In this document: piece by piece, positions 1 to 12,600 of the stretch
Layout of the letters: each line of letters starts with the position of its first letter
Numbering within the stretch: the first letter of the stretch is position 1
Source: Marsupella aquatica
Taxonomy: Eukaryota; Plantae; Marchantiophyta
Length of the DNA stretch: 64,000 bases
Reading direction: 5' to 3'
Assembly: GCA_973895155.1 (NCBI GenBank)
Contig: OZ316895.1
Span: forward strand, 12,957,363-13,021,362
Notes under the pieces: generated by a model
Seen by the model: the letters and a program-made list of their open reading frames with translations, nothing else
The model's database searches: none
What the model was told of the DNA's origin: nothing
Translations under genes and position numbers: made by a program

Positions 1-146
1 GGTGAAATGAATAAATCTTATCTACTCGCATTAAACTGTGCACATCTTCTTCCGAGATTATGAGCCCACAACTGTGACGTTGGTAACCAGTGAAGAGACA
101 ACCAACCCAACTGCATGGGCCCACCTTATCGGAGTATGAACCTCAC

Positions 147-1465
147 CTGAAACGCAACAGGATGCTCAAATGTGCGGAGGTCCACTATAAGATGAAGGTG
201 AGAGTTTCCACATCGCTTGCTCTCTTCGTCCTTTATTCTTTCAATACTCTTGAAAGTGAGTCGATCAAGCCAGTCAATGTGGGATAGCTGACCTCTCTCA
301 AATTTATTGACGAGCTTCTCCAGTCTTTCCACCTCGCCTCGCTCATGTTTGGGTACCTGAGCCCTACCCATCAATCAACAGTCCATGGAACAGCAAGCTC
401 GCCCACCAATTGAGAAAGCTAAAATCCATCTCCCACGGAAAGCATGCTGATAAACCCCACTATAATACTCTCTTTTACCGCTTCTTATGGTTTTTTCTAA
501 CCGAGAACTTGCTCAGACGATGGTCAATTTCGTCCATGAGTTCATTCTCTGTCATTCTACTGGGTATTTCACAGCCCACACATCATTACAAACCCACGGA
601 TTTTACTTAATTCCTGAACAGTCTGTAACACACCTTCCCTGGTGTGGTGGTAGGAACGGATCCATCGGCCTCTTCGCCACGCCAAAGTCGAAGTTTCTGT
701 TTGCCAGTCTTTAGCTGCTTCTTGCTGCTGAACAAACGCAACGTTGCTCCTCCTATTGCCACTTCTTGCCTTGGATGAGACACGTCCCATACCTGACATC
801 AGTCCAACCAAAAAGATGACTTCAGCAAGATAATTTGTTCAGTCTGAAAGACACAGATTGATGAATACATGTGAGGACCACAAACGGGTAAAATACAAAG
901 CAATATTTTCATTTCTTCAATGGAATTGCTGAAAAAGCTCACCGTGAGCGCAAGCTGTGCGTTGGCAGTCAAATCTCGGTACTTGGCACTCAAAGTGACA
1001 AGTTCATTCCAACGGCACGGCTTCTCTATCGAGGCGAGCCTACAGCAATTTCACACCATCAAAGTTTACCCACAGCTCCAATACTCCCGATGGAAAGGAC
1101 AGAATCACCTAGCTACCAAAACACCAATCCGAGGAGAGGTTTTCGTACCTTGTCCTCGTCGGTAATCCAAACAAAACCCCATCGATATACAAAGTGCACT
1201 CCACGTAGAGTTCCGGGACAGACTTCCGAATATCCAAGTCTGACCACCATCAGAACAATCAGCATTCTGCCGTCAGTCATTTGTCTTGCGCGAAAGCTTG
1301 AAACTCGTACAAATTACAAATGACCTATTTTTATCAATTGAGACGGAAAGTAGAACAACCTGAAACAGTATTAGAAGGCGGCTCTCCGTCCAAAGCTTCG
1401 ATCCGGAAAGTCACCGGAAGATTGATGTCACAGGACAGGAAGAATCTGAACTCGTTTGAGCTCAT
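147..1465 (-). CDS. VPS34: Class III phosphatidylinositol 3-kinase, 5' part (C2 domain region); gene continues beyond the left edge of the window
   Basis: Manually spliced GT-AG exons 1465-1360, 1239-1149, 1039-943, 792-634 and 356-147 keep frame. They give MSSNEFRFFLSCDINLPVTFRIEALDG...ELYVECTLYIDGVLFGLPTRTR...WNELVTLSAKYRDLTANAQLALTVWDVS...KQLKTGKQKLRLW...ERLEKLVNKFERG..DWLDRLTF, which matches the plant VPS34 N-terminus. Confidence 0.95.
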
Positions 1466-2644
1466 TTTGCCTGGTCTGCCCTGTCGCCCTTAAATAAAAG
1501 TTCACTTTTCTCTGCAACACAAACATCATTTGAAATCATTGAGCCAATTGCAATCTAATACCTGTAAGCAGCGTTTCCATCATAAAAGAACTTCAAGGCC
1601 AAACAAACCCGACGCCCCCATTTGACCAAGGAGGCAATTGCACAGACTGTCCATCCTACAGAGGAGAATTTGCCTCAAACGTTTTTCATTGCGCAGATGA
1701 GATTTGAGTTCAATTGTGCACGAGTTATCAAATCCCGAAAATTATTTTCCGCAGATACGGTACTACTAGGTGCGTTCCATATCGCAGTGATCCGAGCATT
1801 CCAAGTAACGACGTCTACGCCACATAACAACGAACGAAGGAAGCTGTTGCATCTCTATCCTCCTACCAATGTCCACGCCATATAATGAACAGCGAAGGAA
1901 GCGTTTGTGTGGCTAAAAGCAACTCGACGTACAGAGGTCACTCGAAAAGAAAAGGTCGCCAATCCACGCAAAACGGCAGTCTTACCTCCTCCGACACGAA
2001 ACGACTATTCCATCCGAAACGAACGTTGCTATCGATCAAAACGTCGAATTGGAACGGGCTGCGAAACATATTTGATTCTCAACACAGAGTAGTACTAGTC
2101 TGGGCACCTCCAAGCAACCCAGACTGCTCAAAGCCTGCCTTCTTCTTTCCGCAGCAGAGCTCATGTCCGAGAGCCCCTGTCGAACCTCCAATTCTTCCAA
2201 TCTATCAGTCAATCCACCTACCTATCGAACATTAAATCGATTCTAGTCGAAGTAGAGGAATATCGAAGGAGGCAATGATCCAATAACCTATTCGAGGAGG
2301 CTTTTCGCTTCGCTCGGCTTTTCAATTCAGCATCATTCTGTTCCGCTGACTCGTAACATTGGGGAAATTGAACTGGAAAATTGACACACTAATTGGAGCG
2401 AAGGTTTTCTTCAGGATCCCGTCACTGTGTTGTGGGTCACGCGACCGAGCTACAATTCTCATTACTACGGCACACATTTATTCAGCCGTTCCACATTTAC
2501 TACAGTTGCTTCTTAGTTTGCTCTTTGTCATGTTTTTGCCTTTACTTGCTATGCACATTTCCATGTGAGCTTTCTTTCCTTGACTTGCAATGCACATTTA
2601 CACACTTTACTACCTGTCTTCCTCACACTCTTGCTCCAACACAT

Positions 2645-2912
2645 GGTGCTCTCTTCAAATAGTGGGCCATGGGCACACTTTGCCTCAAACCCATGATTGG
2701 TGCTCTCTTCCAAGAGTGGGGCATGGGGAGCTCTATTCAAGACAATTAGTGAGCTTTAAATAATGGGCCTCTCTACCCAAATAGTGTGCCTTCCTGGGGA
2801 GCTCTATTCAAGACAATTAGTGTGCTTTAAATGATGTGCCTCTCTACTCAAATAGTGTGCCCTCCTGGGGAGCTCTATTCCAATAGTGTGCCTCTCTATT
2901 GAAAGTGTGCCC
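2645..2912. repeat. Short tandem/nested repeat cluster (~70-bp unit plus ctctct..caaatagtgtgcc sub-repeats)
   Basis: ggggagctctattcaagacaattagtg.gctttaaat.atg.gcctctctac.caaatagtgtgcc occurs twice (~2726 and ~2796), with partial copies on both sides. Confidence 0.8.
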
Positions 2913-3417
2913 TGGAGTTATAGTTGAGTTCGCATTATCTATTTCCATTTTTTGTAGTTGCATGACTTTGTGTTCAAAAATGGTCATTGTGTTCAGATCT
3001 TGGCTTTATTAATATGATTAATAAAATTTTGTATTTTTTGTGCTCAATGTATAATATTGTAGGGTCAAAACTCGAACATATAGCCATGTGTTGTGTAAAC
3101 AGGCATGTTTGAGTATATTTTTCCAGTCAGAGGACCCAAAAGTTTCCATTTTTGAACACCATGCCATGACACTATGTTTGGGGACGATGGTAGCCTGAGT
3201 ACCCTAGTTTTGCTCATTAATTATGGTGAGTATCATGGTATCCTGTTTCCAGTTACAACCCCTTTAGCTGTGCTTTTGGTACTGTGGGTATCCCTCATGT
3301 GTAGGGTTCCCTAAAAATTCATATAAAATCAAAAATTCCAGAGAAACAAGGGAGAACAGAAAAGACCCTCTCCCTGGTTTTGTAAAGTGGCTCCAAGGGG
3401 TGCAAGAGGGTAATCTT

Positions 3418-3749
3418 TGTTAAGGATTGCTCTTAGTCTTGTGACTCATAGGTTACGGTACTTAGACTAACCATAGTTAGAGTCTTAGTTGAGGTTAGGT
3501 TAGTCGTGTGTGACCTTGTATATACTAGGGCTAGTGTAAGCCGCTGGTGTGGGTTGCTTACTTATTGTAACGGAACAACTTGAAGAAGAGGGAGAGCATG
3601 TGTGTTCGTCTACTCTTGAAGTAAAGCTTGAGTGTTCGTGTGGATGTAGCCTTAGAGAAGAGGTGAACCACGTAGAGATTGTGTCGACTACGTGTGCATG
3701 GAATGAGTAATGATTGGATCGTCATGAAGGAAGACGTCATAGTTCAACA
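3418..3749 (+). mobile_element. Solo LTR (332 bp), probably Copia-type
   Basis: TGTT...AACA termini flanked by a perfect 5-bp target-site duplication ATCTT (3413-3417 and 3750-3754). Homologous, in reverse orientation, to 45976-46319. Superfamily and strand are inferred. Confidence 0.85.
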
Positions 3750-3782
3750 ATCTTTGAAAAAATAATTAAATATTCAGTGTGG

Positions 3783-4577
3783 TAATTGTAGTTTCTACGG
3801 TTGCGACCACTGCTTTTCAGCCATGGCGGAGCTCTCTTTGTGGCCGCCGACTTCTCTTCCTCTGTCTGCTTCGTCTCGTCTGTGTCCATTGGCTCCTGTT
3901 ATATTGCGGAGATTTTCTGGAAGGGGGAAAGTACAGTAGGTATGGATGGGTTCTTTTGTGTACATCCGACGGAGCCCAGTTGATGAGTCTTGTGCTCTCG
4001 TTATTGTGTGGGAGTCTAGTTTAGTGGCAACTACACCATGTCTGAACGATGTTACAGCAAAACTTTCCAAGGATCTTGAATGATTTCCTTGATGTTGAAT
4101 GAGCTGTGACATTGATGTCGAATGAATGTAGCGCACCTAGTTTCTGTTCGAAGGTAGTGTTGGGTCCTGGTTTGGACGCGGAGCTGTACTCGCTTTTGCA
4201 CAACTCTTGCGACTTTGAACGAGAAATGTTGAACGAAAGATGTGACACAATTTCCTTAGATTGCAATCTCTTAGTGCGCTAGTCGAGGCCTGGAACTGCT
4301 CCATGTGTTTTGAGCCTAATGGGATTTACCATTCTCTCTGTACTTGTGAGAGGCAAGCTGCGTCGCTGATCATGGCACCTTACTGAGATGTAAAGTATTT
4401 CGTAGTGCTGATTGGAAGTGAAGATTCATACCTTTCTCCCAATGATGAACCTTGATTCCAACTTCAAATCTATGGATTGCTTGTTCTGATCCATCCAGCA
4501 CTGTCATAGCTAGTCAAGTAGTAGTAGGTGAACTCAATACTTTTAATGTAAAAATAATAATAATAAATAATAATAAT
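3783..4577. mobile_element. Putative non-LTR retro-insertion remnant with (TAA)n tail
   Basis: Bounded by the direct repeat aatattcagtgtgg (~3769-3782 and ~4575-4588), with an (AAT)n tract just before the right copy. The interior has no intact ORF. Confidence 0.4.
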
Positions 4578-5561
4578 ATTCAGTGTGGCTAATGGTACCT
4601 TGTGTCCAGGAAGAGATGTTAAGAATATTCTTTACACAAATTGCCTAGATTTTTTCCTGCTCATTAGTTTTCACAATATTATTTATCGAGAACCATCAGA
4701 TTGTCAATACTGGACCCTGTGGCAGCCATTTTTTCTTGTTTATAAACATTACCCAAGATTGCTAACTGGCTACGAGTTTACCCTACAGACAAGCACCGGT
4801 CTGGTTATAAAGTATTTTCTTTCAATTATACATTACTCTCTGACTCTTGTAGAGTATTTCTTGGCCAACACTCCCCCATAGTGCATTCGGTGGTGGATAA
4901 TGAAACATCATGTTTTAAATTTCAGCCTGAGTATCATTAGCGTGCCTGTTTGGTAAGTGATTGGCAAATTTTAGCCCACAAAAAAATGGCTGCCCTGTGG
5001 TGTGGTGGGAAACTAGAGAATGAGAGCCGCCCACCCCCCCCCCCCACAAAAAAAAAGAGTGACGCGTGATATATGGAACGCAGCTTTTTAACCAATGTAC
5101 CAGTGACAAACCTGTGAGCTCGCAGATGTTTCGACCCACCTATGGCGTTGCCTGGATACTGAAATCCGAACTACAACATAGCCTCGAGTTTTCAAGTCGT
5201 AGATCAAGCTGGAGAGTCTCTGCTCTATCTGGGCTTAGAGCTCTCCACCATCCCCGTTCTCTGTACAATACGATCCACAACACTTCGAGAGTTCTGATGT
5301 TGAGATTGATGCTGTTTACAAACTTGGTACTCTCCATACGAACTCTAGTGACGCCTGATCTTCATTGAGAACGTGGAATGAGAAATCTGATGCGAAGGGA
5401 AATGAAATGCTAGCAGGATCTGGCTGAAGTGAAAGTGAGTGCCTTGTAGAATTCTTCTTGCTCGGTGACGTCGTGTCCGGAGAAGGAAGATTCAGGGATG
5501 GCGAGAAAGCTCAGCTGAGTCAAGGACAGGGAGGGGCCCTTTGGAAGCTCTCCACCCGGCC

Positions 5562-6707
5562 ATGGCGGTGGTTGTTTCCAAGGGGGTTATTCTGCTGAGG
5601 AACTCCTCTGTCCCACCGAGGATGAGGTTTTGTCTTGTGAAGAATTACGATGCCTTTTCTCGTTTGCAAAGCGTCTCCGGATTCACTTGCAGGGCAGAAG
5701 AACGGAAGCGTAGAATTAGAGGGGTGCTGAGTTCGAACGTTAACGAGGAGGGCGCAGCTGAAAGTCTTCAGCAACGAAGTCTAGATAAACCCCAGAAGGG
5801 CTGGACGAGAAAGCAGTCGACGACCCGAGCTCTAGGTCTAAACAAAGTTGTAAGGTTTAATGGTGGGCAACGCAATCTTTCTGGGGATGATGAGGGAGAG
5901 CTTAGAGTGGGTGGGGAAACTGCATCATTAAGGAAGAGATGGTTCCCCCACTTGGATGCATTTCAGATAACTGAAGGAACCACAGTGAGCAGTGGAGAAA
6001 TCATGGAGTTGCTCGATCCATTCTTGTCGGAGGAGAGGAAGCAGAGAATAGAGACAGTGGTTGACAACCGCACATATTCTGTCTGCACTGTCATAGAGGG
6101 CCTACGTGATGCCGGCAACGTCTCTGCCATTTGCAGAACAGCTGATGCCATGGGATTTCAGTCAATTCATGTTATTTCCAACTCTGACAAATTGAGATAT
6201 AAGGAGAACTGTAGAACAAGCACAGGGGCAGAGAAATGGCTGGATATGGAGAGGTGGGATGATACCCAAGGATGTATAAAAACCCTGAAGGCTAGGGGGT
6301 ACCGAATTGCAGTAACTCACATTGCAGAGGACACGGTATCTATACATGACATGGATTGGACAGTTCCGACAGCAATTGTGCTGGGAAACGAACATAGGGG
6401 CATAAGCGAGGAGGCTATAGCTTTATCAGACGTGCGATGCAGTATACCCATGGCTGGAATGGTAGAATCTTTCAATGTCTCCGTTGCAGCTGCCATTCTT
6501 ATGCATCATGCCGTCATAGATAGGATATGCAGACAGGGATGTCATGGAGATCTATTAGAAGACGAAAGGCGTACTTTGCTGGCTGATTTCTACATGAGGC
6601 ACAGAGATGACACTAAGGCCATACTGAAGGAACTAGTGGACAGGAAAATTGTTAGGGACGGGCCTGAATTGACAGAAACCCAGCTTTGTACCCTTCACAG
6701 GTGTTGA
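5562..6707 (+). CDS. SpoU/TrmH-family tRNA/rRNA 2'-O-methyltransferase, probably organelle-targeted, intronless CDS
   Basis: All three SPOUT motifs are present: VIEGLRDAGNVSAICRTADAMG, IVLGNEHRGIS and IPMAGMVESFNVSVAAAI. The first ATG is at 5562 (the ORF track starts at an upstream TTG). The Arg/Ser-rich N-terminus resembles a transit peptide. Confidence 0.93.
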   Translation: MAVVVSKGVILLRNSSVPPRMRFCLVKNYDAFSRLQSVSGFTCRAEERKRRIRGVLSSNVNEEGAAESLQQRSLDKPQKGWTRKQSTTRALGLNKVVRFNGGQRNLSGDDEGELRVGGETASLRKRWFPHLDAFQITEGTTVSSGEIMELLDPFLSEERKQRIETVVDNRTYSVCTVIEGLRDAGNVSAICRTADAMGFQSIHVISNSDKLRYKENCRTSTGAEKWLDMERWDDTQGCIKTLKARGYRIAVTHIAEDTVSIHDMDWTVPTAIVLGNEHRGISEEAIALSDVRCSIPMAGMVESFNVSVAAAILMHHAVIDRICRQGCHGDLLEDERRTLLADFYMRHRDDTKAILKELVDRKIVRDGPELTETQLCTLHRC

Positions 6708-9630
6708 GAACAAGTACGTGAGATAGGAAGTATCTACCTGTCTTTAGGTATTTCTCAAGGAGAGGTGCTGAGAAATTGTATTGTAGATGCGAAGTTTGTG
6801 CCTTCCACCTAACACCGTCCTGCCAGTAATGAAAGCCACTCGGATTCTGCAATTAAATTTGCCAATTCGAGCTCTTCTGTTTGAGAGCTAATGGGTTCTG
6901 GGGATATATCGTCGGGTAAAAAACCTACCCATGGCAAAGTTTGTGTGCATCATCCGCTGTTTCAATTGCTGGAGAAAGAATTGTATGATGAATGAAAGTT
7001 ATGCATTGGTTTGATGAATAATGATATGTGCAGGATCTTAAGTACCCTCAAAGATAGGTGCTGAGATAATATGTGTTTGAGGTGGGGAGTACGTGCTTGT
7101 ATGTATGATGCACCGAAAGGTCTTGCAGGGTAATCTGCAAAAAACCACCCCTGCACTTTTTGTATTGAGGAGGCTTGCATTACGTCCCGTTGGAGGACTC
7201 ATGATTACGATACACCTCCCAGTTCCTGATCGATTTGAGAATGACAGCTCTTCATGCACATTCCTTCACCACGATCCCTTAAGAAATGCTTGTGAGGATT
7301 CGTGGTTGGATGAGTGCTCATCTCGTGAGTATTAAGCTAGGGTATTTTGTCAATACTCATTGGTTACGAAAGAGTAGGGAAGATTACTGGCCGCTGACAA
7401 GTTCAGGCATATGTTTTACGAAACTAGTTTCACCGTAAACATCTTTGGTAACTGAAGGGCATGGCAGATCAAAGAACAAAGGAAAAGGAATCGAGAAAAA
7501 TGTGATTTTGTGACTCGTTGCAGCCGTTCGGGAGTTGCAGGCTTTGAGGTGTGTCCTATCAGCAAACTGTCACCATCAAGATGCGGGTAGAACACTCTCG
7601 TGATCCTGGTGAAGAAACCATCTGAGGCTCTTAGTCAAATTAGAGTATTACTCATGCAGAAGATTGAAGGCGCATATTGAACACGTTCCATAAACTTGAA
7701 GAGTTTTTTAAGTACAGGTTGGAGTTGATTTGTTCATTTGAAATGGTTGAGAAAGGTAAGGAAGTGCACCTTCTTCCCTGGCAAAATGGAAAAAAAATTG
7801 GATTCCAGATCTGGTTCCCCTTCCTGAGCTTTTGGCACCATACTTTGACCCCGATTGCTTCGTGAGAAAAATCACTGGATGGGCAGATAAACGTATCTCC
7901 CATTGCGATATCAATGCTTGGTTTGGGTTTGTCTGTAACTGTTTGAAGAAGGGATTCGTGGAGTTTCTGCAATTTCGAAGACGATTTGTTTTGTGTCATA
8001 TCATTATAACAAGTCAAACAATGTAATGATCTAGATGGATTATCGACGCTTTGTGCTAAAATCAAAGTTAAAGGGGTTTTAGTGAACCTCTTCAAGGAGA
8101 GTTAGCTGCATGGTAGATCTTCCCCTTGGATGATAGAGTACGTCTGGTTCTATTGATGACGAAAGAAGCACATCAATTAAGTTTGTGATATGATAGATCT
8201 TCCAGTTGGATGTCTTGTAAAGATGAATCTACTCCTCTGGCACATCCTCAAAACTAGGTCATTACAATTAAACTCAATTTTTTGGGGAATGTGGTCCTTG
8301 GGGGTTTTCATATACCAACATTGTGGTCCATGGGAGAATCATTTTCTTGGGTGCACTCTTGCAATGAAGAGCCGCTCCTTTTGAGGGCTAATGTGTAGAG
8401 TGAAGCCTCTAGATTGTAATTCTCAATAAAAACAAAACATGAAAGTAGAGTAGACAAAAAAACAAAGATGGTGCAAAATAAACAGAAAGAGTGTATAATC
8501 ATTTTTATTGCAGGATGTTTTATTGTTTTGGTCTTGCTTCCTGTTCCAGGACTTAGGGGGGCCATAATCAAATTTAGAGTGGGAGTGAAAAATGGGGATG
8601 GAGTAGTGCCATGAGTAGTGCATCACATTTGAAAATAGGGCCACCTGTGAAGAGAGTTGATGGATTAGGGAGGCCGCCTGTGATGAGGTCAACTATTGTC
8701 ATTGAGGGTCAAGAGCTATGGTGAAACTAGAAGCTTTGGTCAGCTGCTATCAAATCAAGGGTCAACATTGTTTTATCCGCATCTCTATTCATCTCCATTC
8801 AAATTCAAAGAACTGGTAATTGTAATTGGGCTAGTTAAATGTAGAAAAACACTGGATCAGTGTGATGTTCAAATTACCGTGGGGAAAAAGGAGGAAAAGG
8901 GGGAAAAGGGGGAAAGGTTGGAAAGTGCAGTATAATAAGTAAATGTATATAAGGAATAGGTTTACAGTAGATGGAAAGATGGAATTGCGCTTTTTGTCGT
9001 GTAAAAGTGAAGAGTCTGCAGCTGAAGAAAAAAGCGATCGAATCGTGAATCAACCAATGCCTTGATCCTCGTGTCCTGTCCTCCTGGCGATGGTTTCCAA
9101 TTGTGACTAGACAAGTGTATTCCCCCCCGTTTTGGTCCACATGTTCAAATCCAAACTCAGCCGCAGCTCCGCACAACTGCCTACGCCATCAATCAGCCTC
9201 GCCCATCTGGTGGCCTCGTTTATCTGGAAGCTGCGACAATCGCTGTTTGGCGATCCGACCCATCGATTCGGAGCTGAGCTTCTTCAATTTCGGTTTGCCC
9301 TTTTGCTTTGCTTTGCTTTGTGGCTGCAGTGATGCTCAGTGCTCTGATGTTCTTGAATTCTTGGACGAGCAGTTGAGGTTCAGCTTTTCTCGATCACCAA
9401 TCTTGCATTGCGGCAGCGCTTCTTCTCCTGGTCGCTTTGACGATTGTGTTTGGGATCCCACCGATGTCAAACTGACCGTCTAGCAGTCCAGATTGCCTTT
9501 GGTTGGCGGCTTGCGACGCAGGTTCACTGATGTTCAGTCCTCTGATGCTCTTGAATATATTGTTGGATGAGCAATTGAGCTTCAGCTTCGATTGATCAAT
9601 TATCGGATTGCAGGTCTTTGTGTGTTCGGG

Positions 9631-12600
9631 ATGGGGATCCCAGGCGTCTTAGCGGGTGCGGGTTTTCCGACGGGTTGTGCATCTCCTCGCTCGCCACTCT
9701 CTGTCAATTCCGCGCCATCTGCAATTTGTTCTCCATCATCTACGTCGTCTGCTTCCTCCTCTTCATGCGATCGGAGGAGATCGTCCTTGTCGTCATCGAC
9801 GTCTTTTGGTGGGGCTTCAGGGACAAGTTTGCTCTTGAAGCGCAATCCCAATGCCGCTTGTGGAGCCCCGAGGAAGCTTAGGAATAGGACGAGATTCCAT
9901 GACGCTGTGGATCTGCGACTCGTGGTCTGCTTGGCTCAGGAGAGCGGCACGCTGAGCAAGGAGCCAGCCGCCGGCGGGGCGGATGACAGCGCTGTGCGGT
10001 CACAGGGTGCAGCGATAATATATGAAGACGACTCAATTCGCGCTGAGAAGAAGGTCGTTGGACAGGATGACGACGGGCAAGGGTCCGCCGCGGAGCCATC
10101 ACGGCCGAAGAGGATTGATTTTAATTATGGATTCCAGGCGAAATTCCTGAGAACCGGCCCTACCGTTCCTGGGAATGTGTTCAAACTCGCCTTTGAGAAT
10201 TTCGGACGAGAATGGCGGGTACGTCAACGATACTCATTCATTTCTTTCCCTTATCCTTCTCCTCTGTGTGGATTGAAACTCTTGCAAAATCTCCGATCCA
10301 CTATTTACAAGTTTTTTGTTCCTAGCTGTTAGTTTCTATAAGGGAATTCTGCGGTAGTTCGGAAGTCGAGCATATAACTTTCACTCGCAAGTCCAATCCC
10401 AGAGCCCCAAACGAGCATTTTTCTTGTAATGACGCTCAAGAGTACGTCGCGGTCCGAGTACGCGTATTGCTGGAGGTCTACAGTTCGTTATCTGCTGATA
10501 ATAATTATGGGATCACTGCCATCAGCTGGCAGAGATTCGACTGGATGTTAAATAGGTCGCGATAGCCTGCAGTAAGTTCTTCAAGATTTAAGCTCTACCG
10601 TTCCGGATTGAAAGAGTGGTCGGAACTCATTGTCCACGAGTCAGATGGGAAGTCACTGCAAATAGCGTTCATGATAGAGCAATTGTTCACTCGTAGTTTT
10701 CAAGTATTTGTCCTTGACTACTGGAGGATGTTCTCGATCAAATTGGATCATTCCCTGTATCTGATTATAATTTGTTGGTTAATTGCGTTCTAATAATCAG
10801 CGTATGGTCGCCGAAATATCGTTACGAGGTAATATGAATTCATCGTCTTGTCCACTCAGACTGATAGCTGATGTATGTGCAGGCGCTCCGGCGGAGCTAT
10901 TTGTTTCGAGAGCTGAAGACTATTAATAGTGAGTTTGAATACCCGATGTTTATCATTGAACGAGGTTTTATTCCTTTGCACCGTGGAACACGGAAAAAAA
11001 ATGATGTGAAGAAAATTCCGGATGGGTTCTCGTCCTCAATGGCTGGGCACCTATATCAGATCCTCTGTGCAGCTTGCTGCTAGAAGATTGGAACTGTTAT
11101 TTTAGTGATCGTAGAGGCAGTTGTCTCTGGCTAGAATTGCTAGAATTAAAGGATTTATGAAGCTTAAGGCTTGCCAGTCCTAGTAATCCAGGTTGTGCGG
11201 CTAAAGATGGTTATGTCCTGGGATTAGAATGCGCTCGTGTACTTTTCACAATCCTGCTCTGGTTGAATGTATTTGTTTTTGAGGATTCAGATGAAGAACC
11301 TGATGGAAAACTTTACACTGTGTCTGTGTCTTGCTAATGCGCAGTGTCAGAGTTCGACGGAAATGCACTGGGTTTGATAGGAGCATATACAGGACGCGGT
11401 TTTGTCCTTTTCCTGAGGGGCCTAGATAAGTTTTTGACACTCTACGATGGTTTACAAGAGATTAAGCCGGTTCAGGAGGTACGTGAAATTCCGACTTCGC
11501 ATTCGATTTTTCATTTACTCGAAAGCTTATTAACGTGAACCTTAATTGATGTCCTTTGGACCTCTCGTGTTTCATCCTGGATATTGGTCCCTTTTCACTG
11601 TGAAGGATGCAAATGAAGAGCGAGATGAGTTGAGGGAAAAACTGAAGACGTTGGTGCTATCCAATGATGCGGTGTGGGATAGGGAGCGTAGTCGACCTGC
11701 AGTGGAGGCTCCCTGGTGGATTCTTGGTCCTTACTACTTCCTGTGCCTGGTAAGATTTTGGAATCATTTTTGGATAATTTCGCTACACCAGTGTGGAAGT
11801 CAAAATCAAAGTAGTCGTGGATGAAACTCGCGACAGACTTGGAGTTCTTCCCAATCTGATGTGAAGCAAATAAGTTGATCCGAGATTCTTTATAAATCGC
11901 TGTATCTGTTAAAATTCTCGATTGTATCAGGTTTGCCACATAAGAAGATGCGATGCGCATCACTATAATGGTTAATCCTCCCTGAAAGATTCAATCGAGT
12001 TGAACCGGAACCGGCTGACTTTGAAGTTTAAGGAATGGTGCGCGGTACAAGATCATTGTCGGAAAATCACCTTTTAGTCTCGTCCTTGAATATCTCAATA
12101 ACTTGTTGCATTCTTGCAGATGCTAGACGTGATATTCAACAACAGACCCATCCAGCGATTCTGGTTTCTAGAGACTGTTGCACGAATGCCCTATTTTTCA
12201 TACATTTCTATGCTCCATCTCTACGAAACTCTTGGATGGTAGGTCATGTCGGCAGACGTTCTGGATGCAGTTCTCTTTTGAATCGATTTGTGATATATGT
12301 TCTTCCCACCACTCTTGCTTGTATCTCATTTCTAATCTTAATTTTCTCGTTGTCTGGTCATCTCTAGTTGATGTTTTAATCTAGCAGGTCCCATATGGTA
12401 GAAGGCTAGTCAGAACTATTTCGGTAGTCCAAATTTGAATAGGACACCAAAGTTGGTTGGTATACATGTTGATTATGCTATTTCCCATAGACGTCTTCTA
12501 GGCCATTCTAGCAACCCGGTTTTGCTCATTGTGTCCAATGGATTGATGAATTAATCAAAGGCACTTGCAGGTGGCGTTCAGGAGCAGAGGTGCGCAAAGT

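Noticed and set aside
7652-8384. 147-aa minus ORF and faint PPR-like words (CMVDL) on the plus strand
   Set aside because: No ATG-supported gene model, no periodic PPR pattern and no recognisable domain.
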